From contig DRME01000074.1 of the NCBI GenBank assembly GCA_011375175.1, positions 1-59,378 of the forward strand: a stretch of DNA of 59,378 nucleotides, written 5' to 3'. Source of the stretch: Deltaproteobacteria bacterium (GTDB taxonomy: Bacteria; Desulfobacterota; GWC2-55-46; DRME01). Of this stretch, positions 57,893 through 59,378 are shown piece by piece; position 1 is the stretch's first letter; every line of letters begins with the position of its first letter. The notes under the pieces were generated by a model. It saw nothing but the letters and a program-made list of their open reading frames with translations. It searched no databases and was not told where the DNA came from. The position numbers and the translations under genes were made by a program.

Positions 57893-59378
57893 ATGAGCAG
57901 AAGCAGAGTAAAAACCCTGTTGGCGGTGATTTGCATCCTGCTGGCCGCTCCTTACACGGCGGCGGCGGCCACATATTACGTCTCGCCCAATGGAAGCGAC
58001 TCCAACGACGGCCTCAGCACGAAAACCCCGTGGGGGACCCTCGTCCATGCCACAAAAAAGATGTCCGGCGGCGATACCCTCATTCTGATGGACGGAATAT
58101 ACACCTCCAACTGCAAAGACTATTCAAACTGCGAAAATCAACTCATCCCACCAAGTGGGAGCCCTGGTAATTATACAGTCATAAAGGCTCAGAATGACTG
58201 GAAAGCCGTCATAGATGGCAGTGGATTTCCCCTCTGGCGCTACCCCATCCACATCAAAAACGGATCTTATATACAAATAGAAGGACTAAAATTGGTGGAC
58301 GGCGGCGGTATGACCGCTGTCATGGTAGAGCGTTCCAGCTACATAAAGCTAATGCGACTCTCCATAACAAACGGGGTTCCTTACAATGCCCAATGGGGCA
58401 ATGTGCTTTCTATCGCCAACGCGAGCCACCACATACTTGTTGAAGACACGTGGATCAGCGGTGCCATGAGATACGGTGTCCTTGTCATCGGCGATAACGA
58501 CGGACCGGTCTCCTCTACAACTTATAAGGTTATTCTGAGGAGGGTCGTTGTCAGGTTCGACTATATAGACAGCGTTGAGCCAAAAGCGGCAATTGCATTT
58601 TACGGTGCCGACAAGGCATCAAACGGCATGGTCAGAGACAGTATGTGCCAAAACTGTATAGTGATAGATACGAATCCCGCCAACTCCTACAAGAACTTCT
58701 ATGGCGCATACTACAACCCCAAGATAACGGAGAACATAAAATACTACGGTTCCATAGCCCTTAACATCAAGGCCTCCGGCTTGGAGTTCGGTTCACCCTA
58801 CGATGCCGCAGGCTTTTACGTAACCGACAACTATTCGCTATCCAAGGGACATGAGTTGCATAACGTTGTGGCGTGGGATGTAGCTGGTGTAGGTATTCGT
58901 TTCGATCAGGGCGATTCAAGCGGAAGCGGCATTGTCAATCAAAGTACGGTTGGGTACTCTACTTATGGTGTAATGGATACGGCAAAACTGCCAGTTACGC
59001 TTCAGAACAGCATCATTTACAACAATGCAAAACCAAACGCAGGAGTGGACATATCAAAATACAACACTTATGTCCCCCCTTCCCACGCAGAAGGGAGCAA
59101 CTACAAGACAACCGATCCGGGGTTGCGCTATCTTGTCAGAACAACCGATACAGGTACAGGTTTGAACGGAATGAAGATAGGCGCCGACATCGAAAAACGC
59201 TACGGCGTCTCCGGCACCCTGTGGGACGAGCCCGGCTATGACCAGCTTACAAACGTTCCGCTCTGGCCGTGGCCCTACGAAGACCAGATTAAAAAAGACT
59301 TTTCGGCCTCCAACGTTCCGCCGCTCGGGGCCTATCCTCCCACAAACGACACGAAGAGGGGCTTCTGCGCGCCCGGAA
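57893..59378 (+). CDS. Secreted right-handed beta-helix protein (pectate lyase/DUF1565-like), runs off the right edge
   Basis: Hand translation is open from ATG 57893 to the window end: signal peptide, ATYYVSPNGSDSNDG...PW.TL..A...GDTLILMDGIY. Confidence 0.8.
   Translation, partial: MSRSRVKTLLAVICILLAAPYTAAAATYYVSPNGSDSNDGLSTKTPWGTLVHATKKMSGGDTLILMDGIYTSNCKDYSNCENQLIPPSGSPGNYTVIKAQNDWKAVIDGSGFPLWRYPIHIKNGSYIQIEGLKLVDGGGMTAVMVERSSYIKLMRLSITNGVPYNAQWGNVLSIANASHHILVEDTWISGAMRYGVLVIGDNDGPVSSTTYKVILRRVVVRFDYIDSVEPKAAIAFYGADKASNGMVRDSMCQNCIVIDTNPANSYKNFYGAYYNPKITENIKYYGSIALNIKASGLEFGSPYDAAGFYVTDNYSLSKGHELHNVVAWDVAGVGIRFDQGDSSGSGIVNQSTVGYSTYGVMDTAKLPVTLQNSIIYNNAKPNAGVDISKYNTYVPPSHAEGSNYKTTDPGLRYLVRTTDTGTGLNGMKIGADIEKRYGVSGTLWDEPGYDQLTNVPLWPWPYEDQIKKDFSASNVPPLGAYPPTNDTKRGFCAPG

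Overview
GC-rich bacterial chromosome segment, mostly minus-strand genes. Gene order (ftsH-folP-glmM-pdxJ-acpS-nnr-tsaE-lysC-cimA-comEA) suggests a Desulfobacterota/deltaproteobacterial-type diderm; this is inference, not a taxonomic call. Four blocks: (1) 1-22.5 kb housekeeping and signalling genes; (2) 23.9-43.8 kb a poorly characterised cell-envelope cluster (MCE/Mla-like transporter with a degenerate ATPase, an OM barrel, LPP20-, FlgT-, CsgG-, DUF799-, SLH- and TPR-like proteins, a transglutaminase-like protein), interrupted by an opposite-strand MCP plus cytochrome c pair; (3) 44.7-57.5 kb an assimilatory sulfur cluster with two control regions: a SAM-I riboswitch ahead of thrC-like/sir/MoaD-like carrier/NIL, and tandem IscR-type operators plus a duplicated 37-nt leader motif with uORFs ahead of cysM/JAMM/moeB/radical SAM/DASS transporter/usp/cysH/sat; (4) a lower-GC secreted beta-helix gene truncated at the right edge. 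Many intergenic gaps carry a modular palindromic repeat family in which 26-nt loops occur in both orientations. No rRNA, tRNA, CRISPR array or transposase was seen. All domain calls come from motif recognition by eye, not database searches.
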